64,000 nucleotides of DNA. It comes from Nitrososphaeria archaeon. GTDB taxonomy: Archaea > Thermoproteota > Nitrososphaeria > JACIWG01. Position 1 is the stretch's first letter. Every line of letters begins with the position of its first letter. The position numbers and the translations under genes are program-made. The notes under the pieces were generated by a model, which was not told the DNA's origin, searched no databases, and saw only the letters and a list, made by a program, of their open reading frames with translations. The stretch lies in NCBI GenBank assembly GCA_050011875.1, contig JBEKIG010000002.1:66822-130821 (forward strand). Reading direction: 5' to 3'. Below are positions 29,779-39,770 of the stretch, piece after piece.

Positions 29779-29994
29779 CTACACTGTTGGATCCGACCAA
29801 AAGCCTTTAACGATCGGGTCTTTTTTTTCTTTTGTTGATTCTTCACGTTTCTTTCCCACTTCCTTATAGGCATCAGCGCAGGCCAGGGAGCAGAACTTCA
29901 TTGTTTTACCACCGATCTTCTTCACTACAATATTGTCTTGAACTGAAATTTTCTCCTTACAGTTTGGACATTCTTCTTCTACCATATTAATCAT
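29779..29994 (-). CDS. TRASH/YHS-domain metal-binding protein
   Basis: The motif CPNCKEKI....KFCSLAC matches the TRASH pattern (C-x2-C-x..-FCS-x2-C). The true start is probably MVEEE at 29985. Confidence 0.55.
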   Translation of the reverse strand: MINMVEEECPNCKEKISVQDNIVVKKIGGKTMKFCSLACADAYKEVGKKREESTKEKKDPIVKGFWSDPTV

Positions 29995-30284
29995 AACTAA
30001 TATGAGCTTGTCATAATTAAATATTTCCCGAACATTTTTGGGTATATTAATCTGAAAGCTTGAGGGAAAGATAGACGAGGAAGCTCAAGCCTTCCTAAAG
30101 GAAAAGGAAAGGTTTTAAGCTGAGAAGAAAAGCTGGGAGAATAGGTTTAATGAAATGGAGAAGATGTCAAAAGAACAAACAAAGTTAGTGAATGAACTTA
30201 TCAAACAGAGAAGTCTAAAGTCAACTAACTAATCCATAGTCTTATCGACGTCTGCTTCTTCTTTTCATCCTCTTTGCTTTCCTT

Positions 30285-30593
30285 TTAACGACTTTCCCTT
30301 TTTGTTTTACTTTTCTCTTCTTTTTTTCTAATCTTAATTGTTCTATATCCTATAACATCACCAAGAAGACTTCTAATAGCAACTCTCTTAGTCTTAGTCT
30401 TACTTTTCGGCTTTCTTACAACTCTTTGCCTAATTACTTTTGTCTCATACTCTGGTCCCATTAAATATTCATGTTTAATAGTTACTCGTCTGTGTCCATA
30501 TCTTCTATGACATAATGGACAAAGGAAAACGACTGATTGAGCTCTTGGTGTAACAGTTGGGTCTCTAGTGTGATGGAAATCACCTTCCTCCAT
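30285..30593 (-). CDS. Basic Lys/Arg-rich Zn-finger protein (hypothetical nucleic-acid binding)
   Basis: The motif CPLCHRRYGH is followed by a KSKTKTKR-type basic tail. Confidence 0.35.
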   Translation of the reverse strand: MEEGDFHHTRDPTVTPRAQSVVFLCPLCHRRYGHRRVTIKHEYLMGPEYETKVIRQRVVRKPKSKTKTKRVAIRSLLGDVIGYRTIKIRKKEEKSKTKRESR

Positions 30594-30604
30594 TTTTAAA
30601 TTAA

Positions 30605-30850
30605 TATGACATTTTTTACGATCTTGGTTCTGGGTTCGGTGACATAATTAGAGAAGCGTCTAAGACTTGCGATAACATAACGGGGATTGAAATCGAGCCT
30701 ATCAAATACTTCGTAAGCAAATTTCTAATAGGAAATAAGGCTAAAGTTATACTTGGAGACTTCTTTAAAGCCAATCTAAGCAACGCAACGGTAGTTTTTG
30801 TATTTCAATATAGGGAAAGAATCAATAGAAGAATAGGGGAGAAGTTATAA
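30605..30850 (+). pseudogene. Truncated class I SAM-dependent methyltransferase fragment (no ATG start)
   Basis: The open frame begins directly after a TAA stop with no ATG, GTG or TTG. It encodes SAM motif I DLGSGFGDI plus about 70 aa. Confidence 0.3.
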
Positions 30851-30987
30851 AAAAGTTCCTAGAAATATATTGAACATGAACAATTTGAGCAGCTTATCGC
30901 TCCATCCGGAAAATTTGTCAAATTAAATAAAAGGAAATGATTATGTATAGTAACGCACAAGTTTAATATATTTGTGATTCTCGCAGA

Positions 30988-32472
30988 ATGCTGAGTGTTC
31001 AGAGGACATTGATAATAAAAAATTCTTTGGAACTTCTACAACATGGCAACGTTTCAGGGCGAAAAACTGTTTTAGAAATTATCGAATCAGGACTTCAGGC
31101 CTCCGACCCATACTTTAACACGAAGAAATTGATCAAACTGAGAAATAAAAAATTGATTATTGGTCGACCAGGGTTGTCTTTTTTTACATCGGATGGCAGA
31201 AATATTAGGTCACTGCTTGTTTTTGACTTATCCAAAATAAATAACATTTATGTCGTTGGCGGAGGAAAAGCCGCTCAACGACAGGCTAAAGCGATAGAAG
31301 ATGTCCTTGGAAATCTGATCACTGAAGGACACATTAATGCTAAAAAGGGAGAGGAGGTTCAACTCAAGAAAATTGAGGTTACTCTTGCAGGACATCCCTT
31401 ACCAGACGAAGACGGTGTCAGAGGCTCAAAAAGGATCATGGAGATAGAGTTAAAGGCAAAGAAAGGTGACATCGTCTTCTTTTCAGAATCTGGAGGAGGC
31501 TCAGCATTGATGGCTTTACCCGGACCTGGACTTAAACTGGAAGACATCCAAGCTGTCACAAAAAAACTTTACTTTGAGAAGGGTGCGTCGATGTGGGATA
31601 CAAATACGGTCAGATGGAATCTGATGATTCTTAGAGGAAAGGATGAAAGGTATGTTGGAGATGCTACAATGATCTGTTTTCACACAGACGAGAGACCTTT
31701 AGGTGTTGAAGTTAACGTAAACAGACGTGTGGGAGGAGTTGGAACATATAGGGATGCTAAGAATACATTAAAAAAATATGGCATCTGGAATGATGTCCCT
31801 GAATCGGTCCGAAAATATTTAGATAGAGCAGATCCCCGTTATTCACCAATAAAAAAAAGGGAATTAGATGGTAAACCTCATTACCATTTTAGGGTCATGG
31901 GGCCTGAATATATGTTGGAAGCAGCCAAGAAAAGAGCTGAAGAGATAGGTGTTAACGCGTCGATAATTTCCTCAAGCTTAAGCGATATTGAAGCTAATGC
32001 GGTCGGGAACATGCTGGCCTATATCGCCAAAGAAATAGAAATCTTTGGCAGGCCATTTAAAGCTCCTTGTGTTCTAATCTCTGGCGGGGAACTTCTTGTT
32101 AAGGTTGGGGAAAAGAAAGGACTGGGTGGAAGAAATCAGGAATTCGTCCTCTCTACAGCTTCCAGGTTGGCTGGAAGTAGCAATATTGTTATTGCCTCAT
32201 GCGATTCTGATGGAACAGACGGACCTACAGACGCAGCTGGCGGCATTGTAGACGGTTTTACAGTAGAAAGGGCTGAAAAAGAAGAAATTAATATAATGGA
32301 AGATCTCGATAATCATAACAGCTTTAATGCTTTATCCAAATTGGGAGATCTTATCTTCACTGGCGCAAGGGGAACAAATGTTCAAGACCTTCGCATCGTA
32401 TATGTTGGAGGTATGAAACAAAATCAACGTGAACAGGTTCCGGGTTACATAACATCATTATTTATAAAATGA
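30988..32472 (+). CDS. Glycerate 2-kinase, MOFRL family (paralogue 1)
   Basis: The GGGKAAQRQAKA and DSDGTDGPTDAAGG motifs match the DUF4147+MOFRL family. It is about 65% identical by eye to the 33828..35306 paralogue. Confidence 0.55.
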   Translation: MLSVQRTLIIKNSLELLQHGNVSGRKTVLEIIESGLQASDPYFNTKKLIKLRNKKLIIGRPGLSFFTSDGRNIRSLLVFDLSKINNIYVVGGGKAAQRQAKAIEDVLGNLITEGHINAKKGEEVQLKKIEVTLAGHPLPDEDGVRGSKRIMEIELKAKKGDIVFFSESGGGSALMALPGPGLKLEDIQAVTKKLYFEKGASMWDTNTVRWNLMILRGKDERYVGDATMICFHTDERPLGVEVNVNRRVGGVGTYRDAKNTLKKYGIWNDVPESVRKYLDRADPRYSPIKKRELDGKPHYHFRVMGPEYMLEAAKKRAEEIGVNASIISSSLSDIEANAVGNMLAYIAKEIEIFGRPFKAPCVLISGGELLVKVGEKKGLGGRNQEFVLSTASRLAGSSNIVIASCDSDGTDGPTDAAGGIVDGFTVERAEKEEINIMEDLDNHNSFNALSKLGDLIFTGARGTNVQDLRIVYVGGMKQNQREQVPGYITSLFIK

Positions 32473-32683
32473 TATACTTAGTTGTCTTTTTAGATATATT
32501 GAGTTTAACAAACACAATCTTTACCGTAAACCAATCTATATTTATTAAAATAAGTTTAAGTGTAGGCTAAATAGTGTTTACAGATAAAACCTAGTTATTA
32601 AAAATTGAACACCAAAATTATTACCTGCTGGCTAAGCACTTTTTTAGGTTAAATACATTAAGTAGAAATTATAACCCTAAAAT

Positions 32684-33799
32684 ATGAAGGTTAGAGAAGT
32701 TTTTAACAGGTTTGCGCCTTATGAATGGGAAATTTCACCTCGTGAAATTGCGGGTATAGCAAACATCCCGGTTGAAAGGGTTTTACGGCTTGATACAAAC
32801 ACTTCTCCTTTCCCCCCAAAAAAATGGCTCAAAAAATTAGCTAAAAATTTGGTTAACGTACCTGTGAATCAATATCCTGATACAAAATATTCAGAAATAA
32901 CTCAAGCAATTACGAAATACGTCAAAGTGGATTTGGATAATATCGTGATGACTAAAGGTGCGGACGAAGCGATAGATATAATAGTTAAGACATTTCTAGA
33001 GTGCGAAGACAAAATAATTCTTTCAGCCCCCTCATATCCTATGTTTAGGGTCGCATCGGAGATAGCAGGCGCAAAAGTTCTTGAAGTGGACAGAAAAAGT
33101 GAACCACCCTTCAGGGACGATGTAAATGAGATAATTCATGTCGGAAAAAAAGAGAAAGTTTCTGCTGTTTTCCTTAGTAATCCCAACAATCCTACGGGAA
33201 CTCTGATGGAAGTAGATGATATAAGAAGATTAGCAGAAGAAATAAAGTGCGCTATCATAATTGACGAAGCATACTTCGAATATTGTGGTAAGTCTGCCGT
33301 GAAATTAATAAAAGAGTATGAAAACGTTGTGATTATTAGGACCCTCTCTAAAGCCTTTTCTCTCGCTGGTGAAAGAATAGGTTACATTCTGGCAGATCAG
33401 AAGACAGTTGACAAATTTAACTACGTAAGGCCCCCAAATTCACTAAGTGTTACCTCGATAGAATTGGCGCTGATAGCTTTATCCGATATCAAACAGATGC
33501 AAAAGTGGGTTAACGAAGTGATAAGTGAAAGGGAAAGATGCTTTAATATTTTAAAGTCAATTAGTAATGTTAACCCATACCCTAGTACTGCCAACTTTAT
33601 ACTCTTTAAACTCTCCGACGTTAGTGCGGACTTTGTACACAAAGAGTTGTTGAAGAAGGGAATAAGCGTTCGAAACTTAAGCGGTACGAGAAACCTTAAA
33701 AATTGTCTGAGAGTGACAATCGGCTCAAGAAATGATAACGATAGATTCCTTGAGGAGTTGACGACAATCATTAAAACCAATCGTAAGAATAATATATGA
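32684..33799 (+). CDS. Class I/II PLP aminotransferase (HisC-like subfamily)
   Basis: A fold-type I aminotransferase pattern (..NPNNPTG.., RTLSKAFSLAGERIGY). It lies between the two glycerate kinase genes. Confidence 0.6.
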   Translation: MKVREVFNRFAPYEWEISPREIAGIANIPVERVLRLDTNTSPFPPKKWLKKLAKNLVNVPVNQYPDTKYSEITQAITKYVKVDLDNIVMTKGADEAIDIIVKTFLECEDKIILSAPSYPMFRVASEIAGAKVLEVDRKSEPPFRDDVNEIIHVGKKEKVSAVFLSNPNNPTGTLMEVDDIRRLAEEIKCAIIIDEAYFEYCGKSAVKLIKEYENVVIIRTLSKAFSLAGERIGYILADQKTVDKFNYVRPPNSLSVTSIELALIALSDIKQMQKWVNEVISERERCFNILKSISNVNPYPSTANFILFKLSDVSADFVHKELLKKGISVRNLSGTRNLKNCLRVTIGSRNDNDRFLEELTTIIKTNRKNNI

Positions 33800-33827
33800 G
33801 AGTTGTTGGACACCAACGACATATTTA

Positions 33828-35306
33828 ATGCCTTCGATAATTAACAACTTCGATAAACTTGCATCACACGGTAATACTAGGGGAAGGAAGATTATTTTAG
33901 ACATTCTCGAGGCAGGGCTTCAAGCCTCAGACCCCTACGACAACGTGCGAAAGCTGATTAATCTTAAAGGAAAAAAATTAATGATCGGTTGCGAGGAGAT
34001 CGTAGGCTCAACATCCGATGATAAGCCGATAAAGAAGCCTTTGGTATTTGACTTGTCAAAAATAGGAAAAATCTATGTGATAGGAGGCGGTAAAGCTGCC
34101 CAAAGGCAAGCTAAAGCCTTAGAAGATATTCTCGGTGACCTGATAACGGAAGGATATATAAATGCAAAGAAGGGTGAGCCAAAACAGCTGAGAAGGATCA
34201 AAGTGACTTTTGGCGGCCACCCTCTCCCTGACGAAGACTGTGTGAGGGGCTCTAAGAGAATTTTAACGATATTGAAAAAAGCGAAGAAAGGTGACTTGGT
34301 GTTTTTTTCTGAGTCGGGAGGGTCATCGGCGCTGATGACGCTACCAGGACCTGGACTAACGTTAGAGGATGTGAAAGATGTCACAAGAATGCTCTATTTC
34401 GAAATGGGCGCTTCTATGTGGGAAACTAATACTGTTCGATGGAATCTAGTAATTCTTAGAGGTCGTGAAAAGAGATACGTTGGTGAAGCAACCCTTATAG
34501 TGCTGGGAGTTTTTGAGAGACCACCTGGCATCAAAGTCAATGTGAGGCCAACTCAGGGACATGGATCGTATGTGGAAGCAAAAAATATCTTAAAGAAGTA
34601 CGGTCTCTGGGAAAGAGTTTCGCAATCTGTCAGAGATTACCTAGATAAAGCAAACCCGAAGTATGCTACTTTAAGTCTTGAAGAACTTCGAAAGAAAAGA
34701 CATTACCACTTCAGGGTGATAAGTCCCGAATATATGCTACAAGCAGCAGAAAAGAAAGCAAAAGAGCTGGGTATAAATGCAACAATAGTAGCTTCGAGCC
34801 TAAGCGATATAGGAGCAAAGGAAGTAGGGGAGACTTTCGCATATATGGCTCAGGAGGTCGAAAACTACGGGAGGCCATTGAAGCCACCTTGTGTTCTGAT
34901 ATGCGGAGGAGAGCTCATTGTAAAGGTAGGTGATAAAAAGGGTTTAGGTGGGCGAAATCAGGAATTTGTTTTATCAGCAGCAACTAGAATTGCGGAAAGT
35001 AAAAACATAGTGGTTGCTTCAATAGATTCTGATGGAACAGACGGGCCTACAGACGCAGCTGGAGCGATTGCTGATGGTTACACCCTTGGAAAAGCTAGCA
35101 AAATGGGTTTAGATATCTTTAATGAACTTGACAATCATAACTCATATTACGTTCTAAAAAAACTTGAGGACCTATTGTTTACAGGCGCAAGAGGCACTAA
35201 CGTTCAGGATTTACGCGCGGTCTATATAGGTTCAAGGACCAAAATCACATATAGTGCATTGCCCGAATACCTTCAAACTTTGATCTCAACCAAAAACCCA
35301 GTTTGA
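33828..35306 (+). CDS. Glycerate 2-kinase, MOFRL family (paralogue 2)
   Basis: It shares the same motifs as paralogue 1. Confidence 0.55.
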   Translation: MPSIINNFDKLASHGNTRGRKIILDILEAGLQASDPYDNVRKLINLKGKKLMIGCEEIVGSTSDDKPIKKPLVFDLSKIGKIYVIGGGKAAQRQAKALEDILGDLITEGYINAKKGEPKQLRRIKVTFGGHPLPDEDCVRGSKRILTILKKAKKGDLVFFSESGGSSALMTLPGPGLTLEDVKDVTRMLYFEMGASMWETNTVRWNLVILRGREKRYVGEATLIVLGVFERPPGIKVNVRPTQGHGSYVEAKNILKKYGLWERVSQSVRDYLDKANPKYATLSLEELRKKRHYHFRVISPEYMLQAAEKKAKELGINATIVASSLSDIGAKEVGETFAYMAQEVENYGRPLKPPCVLICGGELIVKVGDKKGLGGRNQEFVLSAATRIAESKNIVVASIDSDGTDGPTDAAGAIADGYTLGKASKMGLDIFNELDNHNSYYVLKKLEDLLFTGARGTNVQDLRAVYIGSRTKITYSALPEYLQTLISTKNPV

Positions 35307-35678
35307 GCTTAATAATTGCTTGGAAGCAACGGCGACTACTTCCTAAATTTTATGGCTTCAGGGTTGAGGGCGAACTTTGGAATTGCACCCCATAGCGCCT
35401 ACCCTATCTGCAGCTCCAACATCGAGTCACATTTCATGAAAGTCTCTATGCTCGACCCTGCAGTATGAGGTGTTATAATTAAGTTGTCCAATTTGAACAA
35501 AGGATTGTCAGGCTCAGGCGGCTCCTTTTCAAGGACATCAAGACAGGCTCAGAATATTCACTTTTCCCCTAAAGCCTTGTACAAAGGGTTGTCATATGGT
35601 GTAAAGAGTCGATTTAACGCTATAGTTCAGAATTTCCCTTAAAGCCATAACTATCTTAAAATCAAAGTGTTTCTTAAA

Positions 35679-36662
35679 TTATTTTTTAGTAAAAGGTGAA
35701 TTTACAGGGAATAATGGTTTCTCTCCGTGAAGAACCCTTAATATCTCTTCTGCCGCTGTCACCGCCATCCTTTTTCTGCACTCGATCGTATTTGAAGCTA
35801 GGTGAGGTGTGAGTAAAACGTTCTTTAATTCTATAATTGGGTCGTCGAGTGGAAGAGGCTCTTTGTAAAAGACATCGATTCCTGCTCCAGCTATCCATTT
35901 TTCCTTCAAAGCCTTCACAAGCGCGCTGTGATCTATTATAGGCCCCCGAGCGACGTTTATTATGAAAGCGGTGTCCTTCATCTTTTTTAATTCTTCTTCA
36001 CCGATCAACCCCTTCGTCTGTTCCGTCAACGCACAGGAAATGGTAACGAAATCGGAATCGCGTAAAAGTGTTTCCAAGGGTTCAAATTCTACGCCAAATT
36101 TTTTTTCAATCTCATCCTTTCGAACAATATCGTAATATAGGAGTTTCATCTTGAAACCTTTAGCTCTTTCAGCGATGCAGACGCCTATTCTACCTAAGCC
36201 TATGATACCAAGAGTTTTCCCGCAGACATCGGTTCCCGTAAACAGCATCGGATCTCTAACAGTCCAACGCTTCGATTTGACGAAGTAATTTGCTTCACAG
36301 ATCCTTCTTGCCGACGTTAGGAGAAGACTAAAGGCCTGATCCGCAACAGTCTCGTTAAGGACAGGCGCCGTAGTCACCCAGATCCCCCTTTCATCAGCTG
36401 CTTCTAAATCCACGTTATCGAATCCTACACCATGTCTTGCGATAACCTTCAGCTTAGGTCCTGATTCAATAACCTTCCTAGTAGCTCTCTCAACATTTAA
36501 GGTTACAAGTAGGGCGTCGGCATCCTTAACAGCTTCTACCAACTCCTCCTCACTCGGCGGCTTCGGAAAGATTTTTAGCTCAGCTTCCCTTTCTAGCAGC
36601 CTCACTCCTTCTTCTCTCATCGGAGCGGTTACAACTATCCTAAACTTTACCAAAACTTTCAC
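35679..36662 (-). CDS. D-isomer-specific 2-hydroxyacid dehydrogenase (glyoxylate/hydroxypyruvate reductase-like)
   Basis: The NAD-binding motif GIIGLGRIG is present, together with the catalytic His/Glu/Arg pattern (..RHGVGFDNVD.., ..HLAS). Confidence 0.75.
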   Translation of the reverse strand: MKVLVKFRIVVTAPMREEGVRLLEREAELKIFPKPPSEEELVEAVKDADALLVTLNVERATRKVIESGPKLKVIARHGVGFDNVDLEAADERGIWVTTAPVLNETVADQAFSLLLTSARRICEANYFVKSKRWTVRDPMLFTGTDVCGKTLGIIGLGRIGVCIAERAKGFKMKLLYYDIVRKDEIEKKFGVEFEPLETLLRDSDFVTISCALTEQTKGLIGEEELKKMKDTAFIINVARGPIIDHSALVKALKEKWIAGAGIDVFYKEPLPLDDPIIELKNVLLTPHLASNTIECRKRMAVTAAEEILRVLHGEKPLFPVNSPFTKK

Positions 36663-36836
36663 CCCTTCCTATGCAAGACCTTTAAGCCAAAATGAAAAAA
36701 TGATTTTGCAGCTTCCCCATTAGTAGTTGAAAACATAGGTTGTGAATAATGTATACAATATTTAAGCTTTGAGTTTCTTTTTTCCTAAGGAAAATACTTT
36801 TTATATGGAAAGGGTTTAGTTGGAGACGATAACGTA

Positions 36837-38315
36837 ATGGAATATAATTTGTTAACAAGGTTGCATAGGTTTCCTCCTCGATACGGTCCTGAATGGGGAT
36901 CCGGGGGAGTATTCGGTCTGAGGTACTATAAGGGTACTTTATACTTCAACCTGTCATTTGAAGGTGAGGCCCATTTTGTTGACGCAGAAAGAGACAAAGT
37001 ATATAGTTACAACCTGATTGGACCAAGCCCTGTCTCAGGAGGTGACACGTACAACGCCGTTGACACGGTTGACGATCAGATATACTTCGGCGGATGGATA
37101 CATGCGCCTGCAGTTTACGACCGATCTGGTGAAAAGAGAGCGATATCATTTGTCAACAAATACAGCCACGTCCACGAATATGATACAAAAGAAAAAAAGG
37201 TCCGCCTAGTTTGGAAAGATAGCATACATGACTCTACTGAATGGGCAGGAGAGGTCTCTGAGATAGTGTACAACCCTGTCGACGATAAGCTATTGCTAGC
37301 AAGAGCTGACGGACACAAGAACCTCGGCATATTTTCTCTCGATAGAAAAAGTGGGGAGACCCAGTTGATTAGCCAGGACCCAGGTGTCAAGGGCACACTC
37401 TTCCTTGACACGGCATGTTTTGACACATCATGCATCGGCAATTTTACTGGATTACAGTGTCTAGAGCTTTCCAGCAACAAATGGGTAAAACAGAAGATAG
37501 AAGATTTATCGGAGATTTCAGTCGACGATGGCTCATGTTTTAGACCATTCGTCGGATCCATGACTTCAGCGTACGCGAGGCTATTCGTTTTCATTAAGGG
37601 AGGAGTGATTGTGGGCAACCCCTTAGATTATAACAGAGAAACAATGAAGTTCATCAGGCTATTCGACTTCGGATACTCGGGATACTCGCCAAGCAGAACG
37701 GTCGCACTACCTTTTGGAGGAGGCGTTTTAACGGCTTTCAATTCCTTTACACACGGTTTCGTTAATCCGATGAACCCTGAAGAAGTAAAAGAAGCAGAAG
37801 TCGTCAACACAATTATCGGCCCTTCGGTGCTGGTTTATCTATCGCCTCCAATGGCTCGAATAGTAGGCTCCTTAGGAGCTAGGGTAACCTCGATAGAAAG
37901 TTTTGGCGACAAGATTCTACTAGGAACCTCAACAACGGCGAATCTATCAAGGTTTTATGCGACACCTATAGACGCGGGATACAGGGACGTTCTGACTTTA
38001 GACAGTAGCTTGCTCCTTTCGAATCAGCCTCCTGTAAGCTACAGTATACCCGGCAGCAGGATCGCTAACCTAAATTGGGGGGGGATACCTCTTTTCGGCT
38101 ACAAGAACTCGAAAATGGTTTTCAAAGCCTCAAAAGACAACAGGCTGACTGTGTACGAATATGACATAGGTCTACCTGTGCAAAAAGCTGAAAGAGATGT
38201 CCGCCAAATTAAAGCTGGTAAGAATGTAATTAACCTTTCAGACTACGATAGAATATTGTCGTTCAAACTCGAAGAAGAGGACTTAGAGGCTATGATTTAT
38301 TTGCATCTTAAATAA
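36837..38315 (+). CDS. Conserved hypothetical protein (492 aa, cytoplasmic, beta-rich)
   Basis: A long ORF with protein-like composition and no recognisable motifs. Confidence 0.4.
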   Translation: MEYNLLTRLHRFPPRYGPEWGSGGVFGLRYYKGTLYFNLSFEGEAHFVDAERDKVYSYNLIGPSPVSGGDTYNAVDTVDDQIYFGGWIHAPAVYDRSGEKRAISFVNKYSHVHEYDTKEKKVRLVWKDSIHDSTEWAGEVSEIVYNPVDDKLLLARADGHKNLGIFSLDRKSGETQLISQDPGVKGTLFLDTACFDTSCIGNFTGLQCLELSSNKWVKQKIEDLSEISVDDGSCFRPFVGSMTSAYARLFVFIKGGVIVGNPLDYNRETMKFIRLFDFGYSGYSPSRTVALPFGGGVLTAFNSFTHGFVNPMNPEEVKEAEVVNTIIGPSVLVYLSPPMARIVGSLGARVTSIESFGDKILLGTSTTANLSRFYATPIDAGYRDVLTLDSSLLLSNQPPVSYSIPGSRIANLNWGGIPLFGYKNSKMVFKASKDNRLTVYEYDIGLPVQKAERDVRQIKAGKNVINLSDYDRILSFKLEEEDLEAMIYLHLK

Positions 38316-38434
38316 ATTTGAAAAATAAGCATTTAATGGCGCTTAAGTAAAGCCTTTATCAGTTGCAGTGTGCCCTAGGCCTTTAGAAAAAAAGCATGCT
38401 TCTCGATTTTTTAATCTTCTTGAGGTTCAAAGTA

Positions 38435-39184
38435 TCATAATTTATCATAATCAAAGTATAATGTATCATACGCCTTTATTACGTGATCGATGGCATCTTC
38501 TCTTTTTCCTTGTAGGATCAAATTTTTTGCAGAATTATATTCTTCCAACGCAATTTCGAAGCCGGGTTTACCTTTTGAAATCTGGATCAGTTGACTGACT
38601 AGCAGAAGCATTTCATCTAAGTATGTATTGTTGAGAAAATTAAGTTTTTCATAGTACTTGATTCTGTCCCTGTCGCCCTTAAATGGCTCTTTTTCAGAAG
38701 GCAGCTCTGCCAGCCTTTGTCCTGACGTAAAAATGGATTCAATAACTTGTTCGAAGTTAAACCTAGACACCGGCGTCGGTTCAATAGCTCTGAAGCCTTT
38801 GTGATAGAAGAAACGATATATGTTCTGCACAGCCGAGCATAGGCCTTTACCAGTTCCAAATGCAACCGATATTCCAATCCCATATTTTCCTTTTGAATTG
38901 GATATTCTAACAGTATCCATGAAATTTTTCGTCAAGCCATTGATTAAACCCCAATAGACGGGTGCACCGATGACAATAGCATCTGCTCCTTCACATAAGG
39001 AATTCAACTCTTCAGGGCAGACAGCCTCTTCTGTGTAGATTGGAACATTGTAATCTATTAAGTATACCTTCTTAGCTTCTGTACCTTTTGATTTAACGCC
39101 GTCTAAACATCTACTGACTAGCTGATCGGTTAGTTTCCCCTTTCTTGGACTTCCAATGATGCCTATAACCTTCTTTAACGTCAT
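38435..39184 (-). CDS. NAD(P)H-dependent FMN reductase-like flavoprotein
   Basis: The flavodoxin-like N-terminus KVIGIIGSPRKG..ADAIVIGAPVYW matches this family. Confidence 0.5.
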   Translation of the reverse strand: MTLKKVIGIIGSPRKGKLTDQLVSRCLDGVKSKGTEAKKVYLIDYNVPIYTEEAVCPEELNSLCEGADAIVIGAPVYWGLINGLTKNFMDTVRISNSKGKYGIGISVAFGTGKGLCSAVQNIYRFFYHKGFRAIEPTPVSRFNFEQVIESIFTSGQRLAELPSEKEPFKGDRDRIKYYEKLNFLNNTYLDEMLLLVSQLIQISKGKPGFEIALEEYNSAKNLILQGKREDAIDHVIKAYDTLYFDYDKL

Positions 39185-39770
39185 ATTTCTCTTATTAAGT
39201 CACGAAACTTGCACTATATAGATTTTTTCAAAAAAATAATATAGTATTATTTATAAGTAGATACTTATATAATCACACTTTTTCTCCTTCCTTGATAGTT
39301 GGAATGCCTCTATTATGTTTAGGTTAAGACATTTTGGGATTCCACAATCTTGGCTTTGCTCAGTGCTATGAAGTCACATTTTTAGAAGATAATACGCTTA
39401 CTAAAGCTGGTGTAGAATCTTAAATTGTTATCTTATTTGTGAAAAATTATATGTTAGTTGCAGTGAAATGAAATGTATGGATGTTTTCAGTTCCAGGATA
39501 TAAGATAGATCTAGTGATCCGACAAGACAGAGCTAGCAGAAGATTTGAGAAATTTGGGGTGTTATTTCTATTTTACGTTCAAGAAGTAGGACAAGGATCA
39601 TCCATTACAAACCAATACTTCTATACCGACAAGGTCATAATACATGTTTTGAAAAAGGGCACCCCTTACTCGGAAAACATAAATTCAGAATAGGCTTAAT
39701 TATAAATTATTATTTCTACGTGCAACTCAAGGTGAATGACCAGATATGAAATCTTTTTTACCCTTATCCG

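Noticed and set aside
35307-35678. SRP (7S) RNA in the GC-rich convergent spacer.
   Set aside because: The conserved helix-8 GGAAGG(A/G)AGCA motif could not be found. Only a vague CAGGCTCAGG resemblance is present.
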